Part shown: positions 24,201-34,960 of the stretch, in pieces
Layout: each line of letters starts with the position of its first letter
How positions within the stretch are numbered: position 1 is the first letter of the stretch
Source of the DNA: Asterionella formosa
Taxonomy: Eukaryota
Assembly: GCA_002256025.1 (NCBI GenBank)
Contig: NKIB01014149.1
Coordinates: 1-46,680 of the forward strand
Reading direction: 5' to 3'
Length of the DNA stretch: 46,680 nt
The notes under the pieces: generated by a model
What the model saw: only the letters and a program-made list of their open reading frames with translations
The model's database searches: none
What the model was told of the DNA's origin: nothing
Position numbers and translations under genes: made by a program

Positions 24201-25792
24201 TGTCGGCGTTGGTTGAAATTGCGCGACGATGCAACGATTCAAACGATATTCTCATTGTATGTTCCCGTTTGATCAAGGACCTCTACCAAAGGTGCGAAGA
24301 AGAAATGTCTTTGTTTGTAACCAATGGCAAGGGTGACGAGAAGAGGCTTGTCCGATCCATCTTTCTAACCGGTGAACTAGCCATGATTGGGTTTAAGTCC
24401 GACGAAGATTCCATATCAAAGGAGTCCAGGGGCACTGCTTCTGATCGTCTGGCAGGATTCTATGAAAAGCCCTCGCAGCAGTTGCTCAGCCTAGGACAGA
24501 TGATGCTTGCGAGTAATCTTCCCCAGTCTGACGTTGAGACCCCGGAAGCGGCAAGAGCTCACGCATTCGTTACTCTTGGAAAGCTTTGCTTACGGGACGA
24601 GGCACTTGCCAAGAAGTGTCTGAATCTCTTCGCCCGCGAGCTTCACCAGAGCATCACCGAAACGTCTGCGTCAGTAAAAAGCAACGCTTTACTTGTGATG
24701 GGTGATCTTTATGTGAGATACACCAACCTCGTGGATAGATATCTTCCTGTGATGGCCGCATGTCTGCAGGCTGGAATTCGCATCAACTCCGACATCAGCT
24801 TCCTAGGCGTCAATGAAAGAAATGGTGCATCCCTAGTTAGAAAACACGCCGTTCTCATGCTTACAAGTTTGTTGCTCCAAGACTATATCAAATGGCGTGG
24901 ACTGATGTTTCACAGATTCCTTGTTGCTTCTGCCGATGACGACGAAGGCGTTGCAAAACTTGCTGAAATGACGTTGTGCGGCCCTCTCATTAGGAAGTTT
25001 CCCAAACTCTTTTTGAACAACTTTGTTGAGTCTTTGTTCGTGCTTAATCGATGCACAGCTCATCCCATTTACATGTCAGCTGCTTTATCAGGCGACAGTG
25101 GATCAGGAATCGCTGTTGGATTTGATGGTATTAATTTGAGTGGTGCTATAGGACGTGTTAGACGAATGCAAATGTATAAATTAATGCTGTCAAGGATGAG
25201 TGACGAGGATAAGCTTGGTGTCATTGCTCGCTTGGCGAAAGATGTGTTGGGAGCTGCGCTTGACAGCAATGGTGATATGGGTCGTGTTTGCCTAAATCCC
25301 TCTCTTTCATGTACACCTGCAAAGGGGTGTCAGACGCTCCAACGAGATGAAAGTGCTGCGAACGTATTGAGTGATGCTTTTTCTGTATTGACCTCTCCGT
25401 TTATGAAGGTGGGGAGAGCGCTCGCAAATTCAGATGAAGACGAAAGCGTTGAAGAAAGCAACAAGGCAAGGCAAATCACAACAGCCAAGGGGAACCTAAT
25501 GGTGAAAATTAGCCGCAAACAAATGATTGAGATTGTTCTTCCAATCGTTTCTCGACTGAAGGCGATCCTACAGAGCAGTTGCTCTCCTCTCTTGAAGGAG
25601 CTAATGCAATTCATGACTTTGACTTTCAACATGTACAAGAATGAAGTCAGAGAATTCTTAGCCAACGACCCCACTCTCCTTCAAGAAGTCGAGTACGACG
25701 CCAAACAGTTCAAGAAAAGCGTACAAAACAGGTCATCTGGCGGGCAAGATGCATCAATATTAGCCAGCCCTCACTGGGTAACTGGAGATTAA
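21275..25792 (+). CDS. NCAPD3: Condensin II complex subunit CAP-D3 (HEAT repeats, Cnd1 domain)
   Basis: RLGDKAPAVRARA, RAHAFVTLGKLCLRDEALAKK, KSNALLVMGDLYVRYTNLVDRY and LLLQDYIKWRG; single 1505-aa ORF. Confidence 0.88.
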   Translation: MEESEPNSAMKDIVISILKCADSPENDETMCHIESLCSSLLSKLPDRKFYPEKSSLKSRSVRDVLGNLPSTMIAKFTTVIANLIAYRVDPLAFLPATQDTVANEDAMTNTAITLTSQSFLAAKLYAELVAMPGSCGAGIIQVGALSSLAAFMKRWNVECCGNMNVNCDDEIHGYSNKRKTDTRTATYTKRSRTVDVDTDDSDTEDFGGALDGASTNVILTPYELKFKGLDLSSSVAAILFLKELQSWSDEAREVVIECTVNALMTASAIASAGLTASKSGKRYIHGNDVVLLLSSSLQTCAINASLFEASVDDDDETVSTNKGGQTNVFILRGLLPVIAMQTEVPYGQNGKQAARDISVSTLEEIIKQVSKECELQVKNMLNSSGALSVMKTPMSFKHRSHTDGIDVSEHGEKGRELFDCQPSTPKTSRKKKRVSFGIINGKRVTKLNTPILKVTNTPTRIHSCQSKSEEIPNQSKEIPRLMLTAVVGLLQRLAAFKGLDRAAVRAQTIDAIMRCLSHLPRHERACFLRFLIQICLSKVSIHRLVGVELVGSCLSKVWFWNDHSEANASLNVRTPVSSAARKTLSQDSSLPRGEALEKSMPIALLGCLNGRLGDKAPAVRARAAYAVTEMIRSFEAIPVKENDEEMCIMPKFAFAMRMIGGDILESLRKRSALDSRATVRRGAINALSALLMFGSQHEPSLMVSDIEIQMLSHLCIDESVATRKAAAEALTSLLEMEEHCQSPCSTVLENAWTSSVLPLILDVEPACVSTALDCFYRIVIEPVINMKGKTDDPPKFHIIYETAWRILARINVNSFNEGATKGEYESLREVFRKATEHYGDAAMINFFNELRDVARRSLDGDATSEHLNRLRSGCWCIFGALTDQAKDIPIFTNWIKRKSVGFDFLTSSWQSMIELYESDMPEEFVSSLHSSMRFCLRFIAKIASHLHIHQFQDFSNSLIALVGSFSIGPELLGAAMSALVEIARRCNDSNDILIVCSRLIKDLYQRCEEEMSLFVTNGKGDEKRLVRSIFLTGELAMIGFKSDEDSISKESRGTASDRLAGFYEKPSQQLLSLGQMMLASNLPQSDVETPEAARAHAFVTLGKLCLRDEALAKKCLNLFARELHQSITETSASVKSNALLVMGDLYVRYTNLVDRYLPVMAACLQAGIRINSDISFLGVNERNGASLVRKHAVLMLTSLLLQDYIKWRGLMFHRFLVASADDDEGVAKLAEMTLCGPLIRKFPKLFLNNFVESLFVLNRCTAHPIYMSAALSGDSGSGIAVGFDGINLSGAIGRVRRMQMYKLMLSRMSDEDKLGVIARLAKDVLGAALDSNGDMGRVCLNPSLSCTPAKGCQTLQRDESAANVLSDAFSVLTSPFMKVGRALANSDEDESVEESNKARQITTAKGNLMVKISRKQMIEIVLPIVSRLKAILQSSCSPLLKELMQFMTLTFNMYKNEVREFLANDPTLLQEVEYDAKQFKKSVQNRSSGGQDASILASPHWVTGD

Positions 25793-25846
25793 AATTATAA
25801 AGGGGTATTTTTGATACATATGTATGTACCTGACTTTTGCTGACAA

Positions 25847-26842
25847 CTATTCCTGTTTAAGTATTGATGAATGCTGCCAAACCATGTTCTGAATAGCACC
25901 GATCATAATATCAGTCTGAGATCCGACGGGCTCGGTGGTGACGACTGGAATTTGAATATTCATTGAGTTGATGGCACCATTGATTATCTCTGGAATGTCT
26001 TCCGATACATGTCGTCCATTCGCAGACAAGAAATAAGGGTGACAAACAATCTCATGAACACCCTCCTTGAGCAACGCCTCTATTCCCTCCGGAATGCTCG
26101 GAGATGCCAATTCCATGTGTGCTCCCTTAACGATGATGTGACTCGCAACAGTCTCCTGATAAATCTTTGCTAGCTCATGGAGTCTATCGTTGGACGCTTG
26201 ATTGCGAGACCCATGGTCCATGAGGAGAATTCCTACCTTGCGTTGGTCCATCACGAGCTTGTTAGGTGTTCCATTCGGGTAGGAATGGGGCGAGAGCAAG
26301 GGGTCAAAGACATGAGGAACTATCGTAGGAGTCGATGCCGATGAAGCAGACCTTTCATTCTTGATTTGAATTTTGGGCAACTTAAAGGGACTATAGTCTG
26401 TCATTTCAATGGCTTGTTGCATTTCGGCTTCTACAGCTCGTTTGTCACCACCCAGAGTGTTCGGAGTCCCGTTGCGATAGGCGTGCGGAGAGATGGTAGG
26501 ATCAAAGAAATCAGGATTGTCAGGAGCTCCTTTTTGGCGAAGTGGATTAGTATGGTCGCGCGGAATTAGCTTCAAACGGAGGGGGTCCCGGAATTCAGAA
26601 TCCACAACAGGTGGGACCTGAGCTGCTCCGGGTTGGATTCCATTTGGATACGCATGGGGGCTCAGCAATGGATCAAAGAAATCAAACAGATCGCCTTCGT
26701 TCTCTCCTTGCGACTGGTAAATGATTGGCACATTGGTTGCAGCCGCTTGTTTCACCAAAAATCCATCAACATTAACTGTGATGATGTCAAGGGTGCACGA
26801 GAGCACAAGGAAAGCGGATAGCGACGGGTTTTTCCAGGCCAT
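25847..26842 (-). CDS. sirB: Sirohydrochlorin chelatase (SirB/CbiX family), probably plastid-targeted, with N-terminal repeats
   Basis: Motifs LLMDHGSR, AHMELASPSI and HPYFLSANGRHVSEDIP; N-terminal signal peptide ending VDG-F; ATG at 26842. Confidence 0.8.
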   Translation of the reverse strand: MAWKNPSLSAFLVLSCTLDIITVNVDGFLVKQAAATNVPIIYQSQGENEGDLFDFFDPLLSPHAYPNGIQPGAAQVPPVVDSEFRDPLRLKLIPRDHTNPLRQKGAPDNPDFFDPTISPHAYRNGTPNTLGGDKRAVEAEMQQAIEMTDYSPFKLPKIQIKNERSASSASTPTIVPHVFDPLLSPHSYPNGTPNKLVMDQRKVGILLMDHGSRNQASNDRLHELAKIYQETVASHIIVKGAHMELASPSIPEGIEALLKEGVHEIVCHPYFLSANGRHVSEDIPEIINGAINSMNIQIPVVTTEPVGSQTDIMIGAIQNMVWQHSSILKQE

Positions 26843-27030
26843 CGTGGTCAACGAAAGGAAACTATTGCTGTGTGGGCAGAAAGTCGAATACGAGAGTGAC
26901 GCTCTGGAAATGGGAGTTACAGTCTTGATACAATCGTAGATGCTTCGTGATTTAAAAAAGGATCAGGGAGTTGCCACCCGAGGAGGAACAAAAAAAAAGC
27001 AGTCGATTTCTGGGGGAACAAGCAAACCTT

Positions 27031-27121
27031 GCAAGTTGTGGTTATTTAGCCTAAATAAACAATTTAATACAGGATAAAGATAGCTAAACGTTTTAGTTTC
27101 AGCACAATTACCGCAACTTGC
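27031..27121 (+). mobile_element. ~90-bp TIR mini-element, copy 3 of 4
   Basis: GCAAGTTGTGGTTATTTAGCC...AGCACAATTACCGCAACTTGC. Confidence 0.7.
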
Positions 27122-29626
27122 TCTGATGGCCCCATTCATGGTCCAAGGCTACGTGTATTAGGTACTATAGGAGTCCTTATCTTGTCAACATATAAACCGT
27201 ACATCAATAACCTTATTTGTATACCCTGGTACCAGGTACCAAGAAATGTGCCGGTAGGATTCGCCCATCAAACCGGTATGTATGTGTGAAATTGAGCAAA
27301 TTTGAAGCTCGTGCGACAAAGGGGGGAAGGGGGGATGGCTCTCAGATAGCTTTAAACGTACACTTTAAGGTTGGACTGACATTTTTTGGTACTGTATTCA
27401 GTTGAAACACATAGAGATTCCTGATTCCTGATCAGGTTATGAGTGTCAATATATTTTCGCCTCTAGTGACCTGATTAGGAACATGTACCACAATCCACTA
27501 GATGATTGATTCAAGATCAAATGGTTAAATATCGCGTGTAAAATGCCACAGTCGAGAGAGGAACTTTCAGGAGAAGTTCTCTCTAACCTGTTAATTGGAC
27601 TCTAGAAGACGATCAGACCTAGAAGCCAAATCAATAAATGATTGACTAGACAATTACAGATATGTCCGCAACATCAAGGAACATTAAAGAAGCAAACTAG
27701 ATATGATCTAGTTATGATTAACAGGATCATTCTGTAAGCAGTCTTCGATCAAACAGCATCTGGCCTAAGTTGAGACAGGCCAAGATTAAGACAAATGTGT
27801 ATTTAGGAAGAGGATGTAGTTTATTCTCAGTTCAAGTTGGGAACACAAATGAACCTCGCCTCCGAAGATCACCTCTATTTTGAAACATGCATGAGCTTGG
27901 AAGTTTCAAAATCATACATTCAAATTTACATTTACATTAAGCTCACTCTTTTATAAAAACAATTATTAGCAAACAAAGTAAAACAAACAAATTGTGTAGA
28001 AACATTTTTCTAGCAATTTTTACTGCGTGAGAGCTACAGATACGTAGCATCATCCAACTTATTCATGAAGATAAATAGCAAACTACTAAATACATACATA
28101 GAGTATGTAGCATAGTAGGAGTACCTTTAAATATTGCCGGCAGCTATATATGTACAACCAACACATGCATGAAATTTCTTGATGAATGCCCTTCAGGTCC
28201 TTGACAGTTGACCAGCTTTTGACAAAAACGAGCACTAGATGGCCCCTGTTTGGCTTACAAGTTGTCCAAGGATTGCGATTATTTAAATATCATGGTACTA
28301 TCCTACCTAACTTTTGCCAGGTGATAGTAGGTATATACCTAGGAAACCTCACTAATGTTTGACATTTTGCATTCTTTTTACCCCACCACCTCCTTCTGTA
28401 CTGAAATACTTGCAGCAAGAAAAGTTATGCCCTTTCCATAAGCTAAAGCTCTGATTATTATCCAGATAGCTGCCCCTCCTCTTGATAATTTTCCGAATTG
28501 AATTGTGTATTATAATGAGTTCTAAAGTTGCATTGTCTAATAGCTCCAATTTCACACCACGACAAAGATATTTCTTTTCAGAAGAAGTTCATATAAAACA
28601 AGAACATTCCTGGAATATGCGAGAAATAGCGTGAAGATGGAAAAATTGAATCTTGAACCTTTTTTCTACATCATTGTCACAATCCTAAAAACACATTTGG
28701 GCATGGATCTTCAACCTAACCTATTTGGCTTATTTTATAAGAGTAATAAATATCCTGCTCTTCTCTTACTCAATTTTTTCACAATAAAGTTTCCCAATGT
28801 AAACAAAAGAAACTTAGTTAGAACTATCATAGCAAGAATCCTATTACTAGCACTAGTAAGTAAGAACCTCTGTCACCATGATGGATATGGATAAATTTGC
28901 AGCCACACAATCAAAGCAGACTGTTTTCGGACCATGATACCTACACAGTTTGCATACTATTCACTGAAAACAGATGAAGGAAGGACAAGAAAAGACAACA
29001 AGAGTTTTAGTCATGTTCATGCTCCCTCACCATTTTCGTCCAACAGCATCCCAGTTGCCTCACTCTGTCAAGTAATCGAGAATGATAACACCTCAAATCC
29101 AATGATGCTGCCAGAAACAACATTTTGTGGCCACATATGCTGAGGTTGCAGCAGCAAGTGCATCAATAATGGGTTCTAAATAATATTTTATACTAATAAA
29201 AGACTATGAATTGCACTTGCACTGTGAGAGATGGGGAGAAAGAAGAGAGAGAGGTTCTGAATCCCAATACCTTGCTTATATCCTATGTTACTTGGGGATC
29301 AAGTCCAAATGTGTTCAGGGAATATAAAAAGAGTGAGGTAATTGTTTTTAAACTATATTTGCTCACTGGGTAGATCTACCTTAATCTTGGAAAGAGAGCA
29401 TTTGAGAACCCTTGAGATCGGGTATTCAGTGGTGAAAGCGCTCAGTGTAGCGATAAACATCTATTTTTATGTGTAAAAAGTTTTTTGATTAATCGTAGCA
29501 GGTACTACCAGGTAGTCTGAATCAATATTATCTTTACCATTTAGCTCGAGCTGGGGGTTCAAATGCACCAATCAACCTTAAAGCTGCCACCATCAACCTC
29601 TGTCGAAAAGTATCAATTATTCCATT

Positions 29627-31083
29627 ATGTTCTGCTTACCGGTAGCATCTGTTGGAAGCAAGAGAGTTGTAAAAGTAGCTCTTGCACGGCCGCTTTCTGC
29701 ATCATGGTGCCAAATGAGGCACCAGAACGGCAAGGACTTTTCAAGTGCACCGAATAGACAAAGCAAGGTCCAGTTGAGAACAAGTACCATTCAATCACTC
29801 CCTCGGCACTTTCTTCGCGATTCTGATCCGGAAAACTTTGATTCGTCAACGCAGCAACGCAAGGACGCGTTGTTCGACATCAATGAGGGGAAGCCAATTC
29901 TTGATACTCGCATGTCGAAGGATAAATATTTGGCGCGGAACTACCGCATAGATGGGACCGACTACCTCGTCGAATGGGGCGACGGGGTCACTTCCCGTTA
30001 TTCCAGCTCCTGGATCGAACGGACCATAGCAAATTGGAAGAGCACGGCGATAGTCCACGAGGCCAAGACATTATGGACTCACCTATCAGAGGACGATGTG
30101 CGGAACTCCAATTCAATGTCGATGTCGTTCGATGTCATCTTGTCGGAGGAAGGAATGTCTGCTGGGCTCAACGCGATCTACGAATTCGGCATTCTCCTGG
30201 TGACTGGTACTCCGATTGGATACGGTGGGGTTGGTGTTGCCGCTCTCGCGTCTGCTCTCTCCGGGGGATCCAAAAAGAGTCTACCTTCAACGTCGTTGCT
30301 GGCACAGTACAAGGCTGGGGGGAACGAGATTGTGTTACCTCACGGGACAGAGGGGCCGTTACGAACTCTCTATGGAAGCGTCTGGTTCACGTCATCTTCC
30401 TCTCAAGTTAAGGGAACGTCGATAGCGGACTCTGCCTATGGGAAAGAAGCCCTGCCTTTGCACACAGACATGACGTATCACCGAGACCCTCCTGGCCTAC
30501 AAATCTTCACGATGGTCCAACCAGCACTAAAGGGAGGTGAAAGTGTATACGGCGATGGTTTCGCTGCAGCAAAACAGTTATTCGAACAGGATCCAGAGGC
30601 ATTTGAGACTCTAACAAATGTCATTCGCACCTATCATTGTGGCGACAGAGAGATGGGCTGGGAACTACAAGGTCAAGGTCCGGTGATTCAGATGAAAAAC
30701 GGTGTAATTTCTTCGATTCGGCACAATGATATGGACCGCTTGCCTGATCTGGCACCCCCTTCAGCCTCCGAGGAATTTTATGAAAAACTTTCGCTTGCTC
30801 ATCAAAAGTGGGACCAAATTCTTTCGCAGAATGAGATTAGGTTGGTAATGAAGCTGCAACCAGGAGACACTATAGTGGTTGCGAATCAAGTAAGTTGCCA
30901 TATGACTTCTTGCTTACATTTTTTATGATCTAGCCTTGCTCATCAATTCGCGTGAAGCGATGCTTGCATGGGAGACATAGCTTTCAAACAGACGAGAATA
31001 CGCATCGCTCCGTCATGGGGTGTTATGTCAGTCAAGATGAACTCAATTCAAGATTCCGGATGGAAGGTTTAGAATGTAACTAA
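29627..31083 (+). CDS. TauD-family 2OG-Fe(II) dioxygenase (trimethyllysine/gamma-butyrobetaine hydroxylase-like), probably mitochondrial; exons 29627-30889 and 30958-31083
   Basis: Motifs VEWGDGVTSRY, AYGKEALPLHTDMTY, PGLQIF and GGESVYGDGF; intron 30890-30957 restores VANQ|RCLHGR; Arg/Ser-rich N-terminus. Confidence 0.85.
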
Positions 31084-31288
31084 CGTTATATGACATCAGT
31101 CGTCTAAGTTATCTTCGAGGGTTTCCAATGGGCAGATGTCAATCACAGGCAGCTCCTAACTTCCGCTAAATCTGCTACTATTGCAGCGCATTCAGCACAT
31201 GTGTGGTGCAAAATAGCAGCCTACCATCAGTTATAAAATCATAACGTACAGACCCCTGACTTGAAAACAACCCTTCACACTTAGTCAT

Positions 31289-34200
31289 CTATTTTTCCTT
31301 ATCGTTGCATGTTGGGCTCCCCACTGGACTGCGACTTCTCGTCGTGCGCTTTCGTCCCTCCTTTTTACTCCTCTTTCGGCGACTACTCCGGACTCTGTCC
31401 CGCTCTCTACTGCGGCTTCGTTTTCTCTCTATACCTGCTCCGATTCTTACTCGATTGGCCGGAGAGGCACTATGGCTTGGGCTCCGAACGCGAACCCTGT
31501 CAGCCCCATTCGTCTCAGTACCTCGTCGCTCTCGCCGAGAGGGTCGTGAGCCAGAGTAGCTCCTACTTCCATCGCTGCTAACACTCCTGCTTCGACTGTA
31601 CCGAGATCCTCTCCTTTCCCGGTCGCTTCGGCTGCGACGGTCACGGTCCCACGATCTGTCTCGGGAGTGTTCACGGGATCGTCCTCGGTCGCGGCGGTCT
31701 CGATCACGTCGCCTTTCCCGACTTCGACTGTAGCTTCTAGAGCGACGATGCCGATGATCTGAGTCGTATCGACCATAATCTCGTTCACGTCCACGATGAG
31801 AAGGACTAATGCTGCGCGAATTCTTTCCCCGTTCTCGCCTGTGGCTCGCACCGTAGTAATCGAAGTCGGGGTTTCGAATAAGTGGTTCCCCAAAATGAGG
31901 AGGCCTCATCTCGTCAGCATATGGTCGGCCTCCTCCGTTGTAATCTGGAAGGTCGGGAACAGGACAAACACAGTATTTTGGTCTATACCCACAACGGGCA
32001 CATCTATCGTTCGGCAGTGCGTTGTTGCTTGATGCGTTGGATGCCCCGCCACCTCCGCTATTGCCTTTTCGACTGACTGTTCCAGCGGAGTTGCTTTCCG
32101 CGATTTTTAAGAGACGTCCATTGAGGTCATGCTTGCGTCCCGATTGAACTATCTCAATAGCGATATTTTCTGGCAATGTCACAAATCCAAAGCCCCTGGA
32201 GCGCTCGCTGCCGCGTTCCGTTGGAATGTGACATTCCAAAATATTTTGTCTGCCATATGCATTGGCGAAATAATCGAAAAGATCTGCTGTGACAGTTGTG
32301 TACGCCAAATTCCCAATATGAAGCTTCAATGCGGGAGGTCGGTCACCGCCACCGCCACTTTTTTTCTTTCGCTTTTTGGAGCTCTTCGATTTTTCCTTCG
32401 GGTCCTTTTTGTCGGCCGACTCGTGTCCTTGTTCCTTTAACTTCTCGATTCCATTTGTTGTTCCGTTGTCGGCTTCGTTCACATTGATTTCATCTTCATC
32501 TGGAAAATATTCTTCATCGTCATCAGTTCTAACGACAAAGTCTAGTTCTCGAAGTTGCCGCAGAAGTCCATTTTCAAACTTTTCCCGCGTGGAAAGCCCG
32601 TCAATAGCAGTCTGAAGCGCGCGTAATTGACCGTCATAAAAAGTTAGAACACAGCTGTCGGTACCCATCGAATAATACCTCTTTTCCAATTCCATAGACA
32701 TGCTGTAGGCATGTGAGTCAAAAAACGTTTGCCAGCCCATGAATGTGACACTATCTGATTGCTCGTCTGGGCTAGGTACGTATGAAAGTCCGCCTTTCGT
32801 TACTTTTGTCCACAAGTTAATATTTGGGTAATGCGCCTTGAGACCATTATTAAGATTTTCCAACAGCTTTTCCATCTTTCTGGAAAAAAAGTAAACCATG
32901 TACCTGCGAATTACCTCTTGGTGCCTCCTGGTTATTGATAACCCTGGTGTGTCTACTTCTTTGTTCCTCTGATAAATGCGATTGCTCACGTTAGGCATGG
33001 TAGCCACAACTATAGAAGAAAGAAGAAGTGGATCGTAGGTTCCATCACCAAATGCAGCTGTGACCATTTTCTTTCCGCATTTTAAACTTTCAAAAACCGG
33101 AGCTGGTAACATCGCTTCTTGACCAAGAATTGTTAGGCGGTTTTGAGTCCACCAAGAGTTTAATTTATCAGTGTCAGTGGATTCAAATATTAGATCACTT
33201 TCGGTGAATAAAGTTATTTGTGACGAATTTGGCTCAACACCTTCCTCGTTCGTCTCTATTGAAAAGTTCTTGTCCTCCGTAAGTGGATCAACATAGTCGA
33301 TGGGAGCGCTAAGGTTTCCGATACCATCAGCCAAACACCAACCCAGTTTCACGTTATCAGATTCGTTGTTCATTTGTCCAAATCCATACGAACAAATAAG
33401 ATCTTGATTGCTTTTGAGACCATAGTTGGTATAAATTTGTGCTCCTTTTTTGATTTTCTTGTGAGCTATGGCTCTAGGCGGATGAGGTTCATTTATATTG
33501 TCTTCAGTGTCGACAGTGACGCATGGTTCCCAAGTCACTTGCGCCGCTTCGATTTCGTGGTTACACATATCCATTAAAGGAACCATAACTCCAAGCTCTT
33601 CCCAAATGTGACCTACTGATTGAAAAAGAGTGGGATCTGACGGTACATGCTCATCGACACTTGACTCGCCCTTGTTCAAATAGAGAGAAACTGGCAAGAT
33701 TCTAGACGCAAATACGGACGCAGCCCATACCCAGCGTTCCCAAGTAATCAAGCCGTAATGGAAAATACTAGGGAAACGGTGCATGATCCCAGCCTCAACC
33801 AAGGCGGAAAATTCTGATGCCAGTTGAAGAGTCGTTGCCGCAACTTCTTGCAAGGGAGCAAGCCCCGGAATACACCCTGCAAGCAAAGCAAGCTCGTTTC
33901 TCTTCCAGCAAATTGGTACAGAAACTGCGGACGGTAGCGTGCGAGCGTACGGTCCAAACGACGATGGCCAATCAGGCACCTTTCTGATATGTATAGATTG
34001 AGACAATGCATTTCTCGTATCATTATCTTCAAATTCATCCGCAATATCAAATACATCTCCGACCACCGCCGGGCTTACATCGTTCGCAAAGCGTTGGTGG
34101 ATCAAAAAGGCCAAAACTGGCGCTCTCGTTGAAATCAGTTTTCGAGATGCCAGCTTGTATGGTATTGTAATTTTTCTTCTCCCTCGCGCTTGATGACCTC

Positions 34201-34960
34201 CAGCCTGAAAGATCTTCTCGTTCAACTGCTCCAAGGACTTGGTCGCAGTCGTTTCTGCCTTCTTCCTCTCCTGCAAGACCTTAACTAATAGATTCGTTCC
34301 ATTGGTCATGCCCACTCGATCGGCGTGACGCTTCTCCGAAACCCCAGTGTTTTCAAAGGCGTCCCAGTAATCTGTTGTGACACGCTCTAATGAAGGTTCG
34401 ACACACGCGAGGATAGCTCGACCCGCATCGCTGCAAGCCACTAAATCAGGAGTCACCATAGCTGATTTCGGAACAGATAGCAATACTTCATCTTTTCGGA
34501 TCTCTCGAGAAGCTCTCAATTGGCAACCCATTGTTCGATCGTAGAGTGCTCGATCCAAATCACCGTCAACCACTCCACATCGCCCCGATGCTTGCGTAGC
34601 GCTACCCTTCAAACTATTATTTGCATCTGAGCTAATTGTCGGTGACGCTGCCGTCATGAGAACGGGTGCATTCTTTGTTCCGTCTGTCGCTAGCCCATTG
34701 ACAATACACACGTATGGATGCACGATAACTTTAGCATCATTCGATAGCCATTCTCGAAAGGCAACTAACCGATCCCCCAAAGCATTGGGTCCGCCGCCTC
34801 TGACGGCATCAACGTCGATACCCATGATTTCTTCATATGATGTTTCCCTTCTGTTCTCATCTGGAGCGGGCTCATTATGGTCAAGTCCAATATCGAATGG
34901 ATCCGTATCCATTAATTCAGATGCGAGATCCGCTGGTAGCGCAGCATGACCGTTCGCCAT
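31289..34960 (-). CDS. SET-domain (LSMT/SETD3-like) methyltransferase fused to an RRM, a Cys knuckle and an RS domain
   Basis: Motifs LLSVPKSAMVT, WAASVFASR, MVPLMDMCNHE and NYGLKSNQDL..YGF; RNP2 LHIGNL and RNP1 RGFGFVTL; CARCGYRPKYCVC; Arg-Ser/Arg-Asp tail. Confidence 0.85.
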   Translation of the reverse strand: MANGHAALPADLASELMDTDPFDIGLDHNEPAPDENRRETSYEEIMGIDVDAVRGGGPNALGDRLVAFREWLSNDAKVIVHPYVCIVNGLATDGTKNAPVLMTAASPTISSDANNSLKGSATQASGRCGVVDGDLDRALYDRTMGCQLRASREIRKDEVLLSVPKSAMVTPDLVACSDAGRAILACVEPSLERVTTDYWDAFENTGVSEKRHADRVGMTNGTNLLVKVLQERKKAETTATKSLEQLNEKIFQAGGHQARGRRKITIPYKLASRKLISTRAPVLAFLIHQRFANDVSPAVVGDVFDIADEFEDNDTRNALSQSIHIRKVPDWPSSFGPYARTLPSAVSVPICWKRNELALLAGCIPGLAPLQEVAATTLQLASEFSALVEAGIMHRFPSIFHYGLITWERWVWAASVFASRILPVSLYLNKGESSVDEHVPSDPTLFQSVGHIWEELGVMVPLMDMCNHEIEAAQVTWEPCVTVDTEDNINEPHPPRAIAHKKIKKGAQIYTNYGLKSNQDLICSYGFGQMNNESDNVKLGWCLADGIGNLSAPIDYVDPLTEDKNFSIETNEEGVEPNSSQITLFTESDLIFESTDTDKLNSWWTQNRLTILGQEAMLPAPVFESLKCGKKMVTAAFGDGTYDPLLLSSIVVATMPNVSNRIYQRNKEVDTPGLSITRRHQEVIRRYMVYFFSRKMEKLLENLNNGLKAHYPNINLWTKVTKGGLSYVPSPDEQSDSVTFMGWQTFFDSHAYSMSMELEKRYYSMGTDSCVLTFYDGQLRALQTAIDGLSTREKFENGLLRQLRELDFVVRTDDDEEYFPDEDEINVNEADNGTTNGIEKLKEQGHESADKKDPKEKSKSSKKRKKKSGGGGDRPPALKLHIGNLAYTTVTADLFDYFANAYGRQNILECHIPTERGSERSRGFGFVTLPENIAIEIVQSGRKHDLNGRLLKIAESNSAGTVSRKGNSGGGGASNASSNNALPNDRCARCGYRPKYCVCPVPDLPDYNGGGRPYADEMRPPHFGEPLIRNPDFDYYGASHRRERGKNSRSISPSHRGRERDYGRYDSDHRHRRSRSYSRSRERRRDRDRRDRGRSREHSRDRSWDRDRRSRSDRERRGSRYSRSRSVSSDGSRSYSGSRPSRRERRGTETNGADRVRVRSPSHSASPANRVRIGAGIERKRSRSRERDRVRSSRRKRSKKEGRKRTTRSRSPVGSPTCNDKEK

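Noticed and set aside
27400..29400. Short ORFs in AT-rich intergenic DNA (also 4300-6700, 15600-16400, 35700-36250, 37300-39000)
   Set aside because: No recognisable motifs. Probably decayed repeats, but I cannot assign a family by eye.
29627..34960. Functional cluster of a lysine methyltransferase and a trimethyllysine hydroxylase
   Set aside because: Predicted compartments differ (nuclear RS protein versus mitochondrial enzyme). Adjacency alone is weak evidence in a eukaryote without conserved synteny data.
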